A stretch of 59,660 bases of DNA, counting the filler. It is 5 parts of 5 records of this genome, joined end to end, with 100 filler letters (N's around TTAATTAATTAA, not from the genome) between each part and the next. Parts side by side here need not be neighbours in the genome. Positions count along the whole stretch, not along the records: positions 53,958 to 59,660 come from SRR31156797_11190; 4 more parts are not named here. The stretch is one strand, 5' to 3'. Below the pieces are notes generated by a model. It saw only the letters and a list, made by a program, of their open reading frames with translations, made no database searches and was not told where the DNA came from. Below are positions 59,580-59,660 of the stretch, in pieces (the first letter of the stretch is position 1; every line of letters starts with the position of its first letter). The position numbers and the translations under genes were made by a program.

Positions 59580-59592
59580 CCAGGTACAAAAC

Positions 59593-59631
59593 AAAAAAGC
59601 CCTGGTCATCGAGAAACGATAACCAGGGCTT
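59593..59631 (-). terminator. Rho-independent terminator of rRNA operon
   Basis: Minus strand AAGCCCTGGTTATCG-loop-CGATGACCAGGGCTTTTTT, just after the 5S 3' end. Confidence 0.75.
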
Positions 59632-59643
59632 GTATAGAGATAA

Positions 59644-59660
59644 TCCGGCGGCGTCCTACT
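59644..59660 (-). rRNA. rrf: 5S rRNA, 3' terminal fragment
   Basis: Reverse complement AGTAGGACGCCGCCGGA matches the conserved 5S 3' end (..GAGAGTAGGACGCCGCCGG); followed by a terminator; only about 17 nt visible. Confidence 0.72.

Noticed and set aside
59471-59580. Repeats with spacers as a mini CRISPR array
   Set aside because: Units are non-identical, spacing is irregular, spacers are low-complexity, and no cas genes are present.

Overview
This window is not one locus. It joins five unrelated contig fragments with 100-nt artificial spacers (N44-TTAATTAATTAA-N44), so gene adjacency across the spacers means nothing. (A) 1-17568, high-GC, looks alphaproteobacterial (Rhodospirillales-like): RND permease, AAC(6')-Ia/Ii-like acetyltransferase, DMT transporter, UspA, FixR-like SDR, a GT4-TPR-TagF-like fusion with a divergent IspD/TarI, a TipN/GPR-like coiled-coil protein with 25-residue repeats, and cbiX-cobA-cobB (probably dsrN). 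(B) 17669-38391, high-GC: sugar/sugar-acid catabolic region with ALDH, two lactonases, a split TRAP transporter, GntR, dehydrogenases, a cupin, a GAF two-component system with a shared candidate operator, and two sugar ABC transporters. (C) 38492-44303, AT-richer, probably Desulfobacterota: a LysM protein paired with a degenerate zincin, plus a Cys-rich kinase-like protein with Thr-x-x-Leu repeats next to an FHA-less TagH-C-like protein, suggesting a T6SS accessory module. (D) 44404-53857: nonulosonic-acid biosynthesis/modification operon (DegT, NeuA/PseG fusion, SpsF, NeuB, DUF4910, GNAT, two radical SAM enzymes, LIC12162 transferase). (E) 53958-59660: 3' part of a Pfa-like iterative PKS/FAS, argA, REP-like palindromes, and the terminator plus 3' tip of a 5S rRNA gene. 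All calls come from motif recognition by eye; no database search was run.
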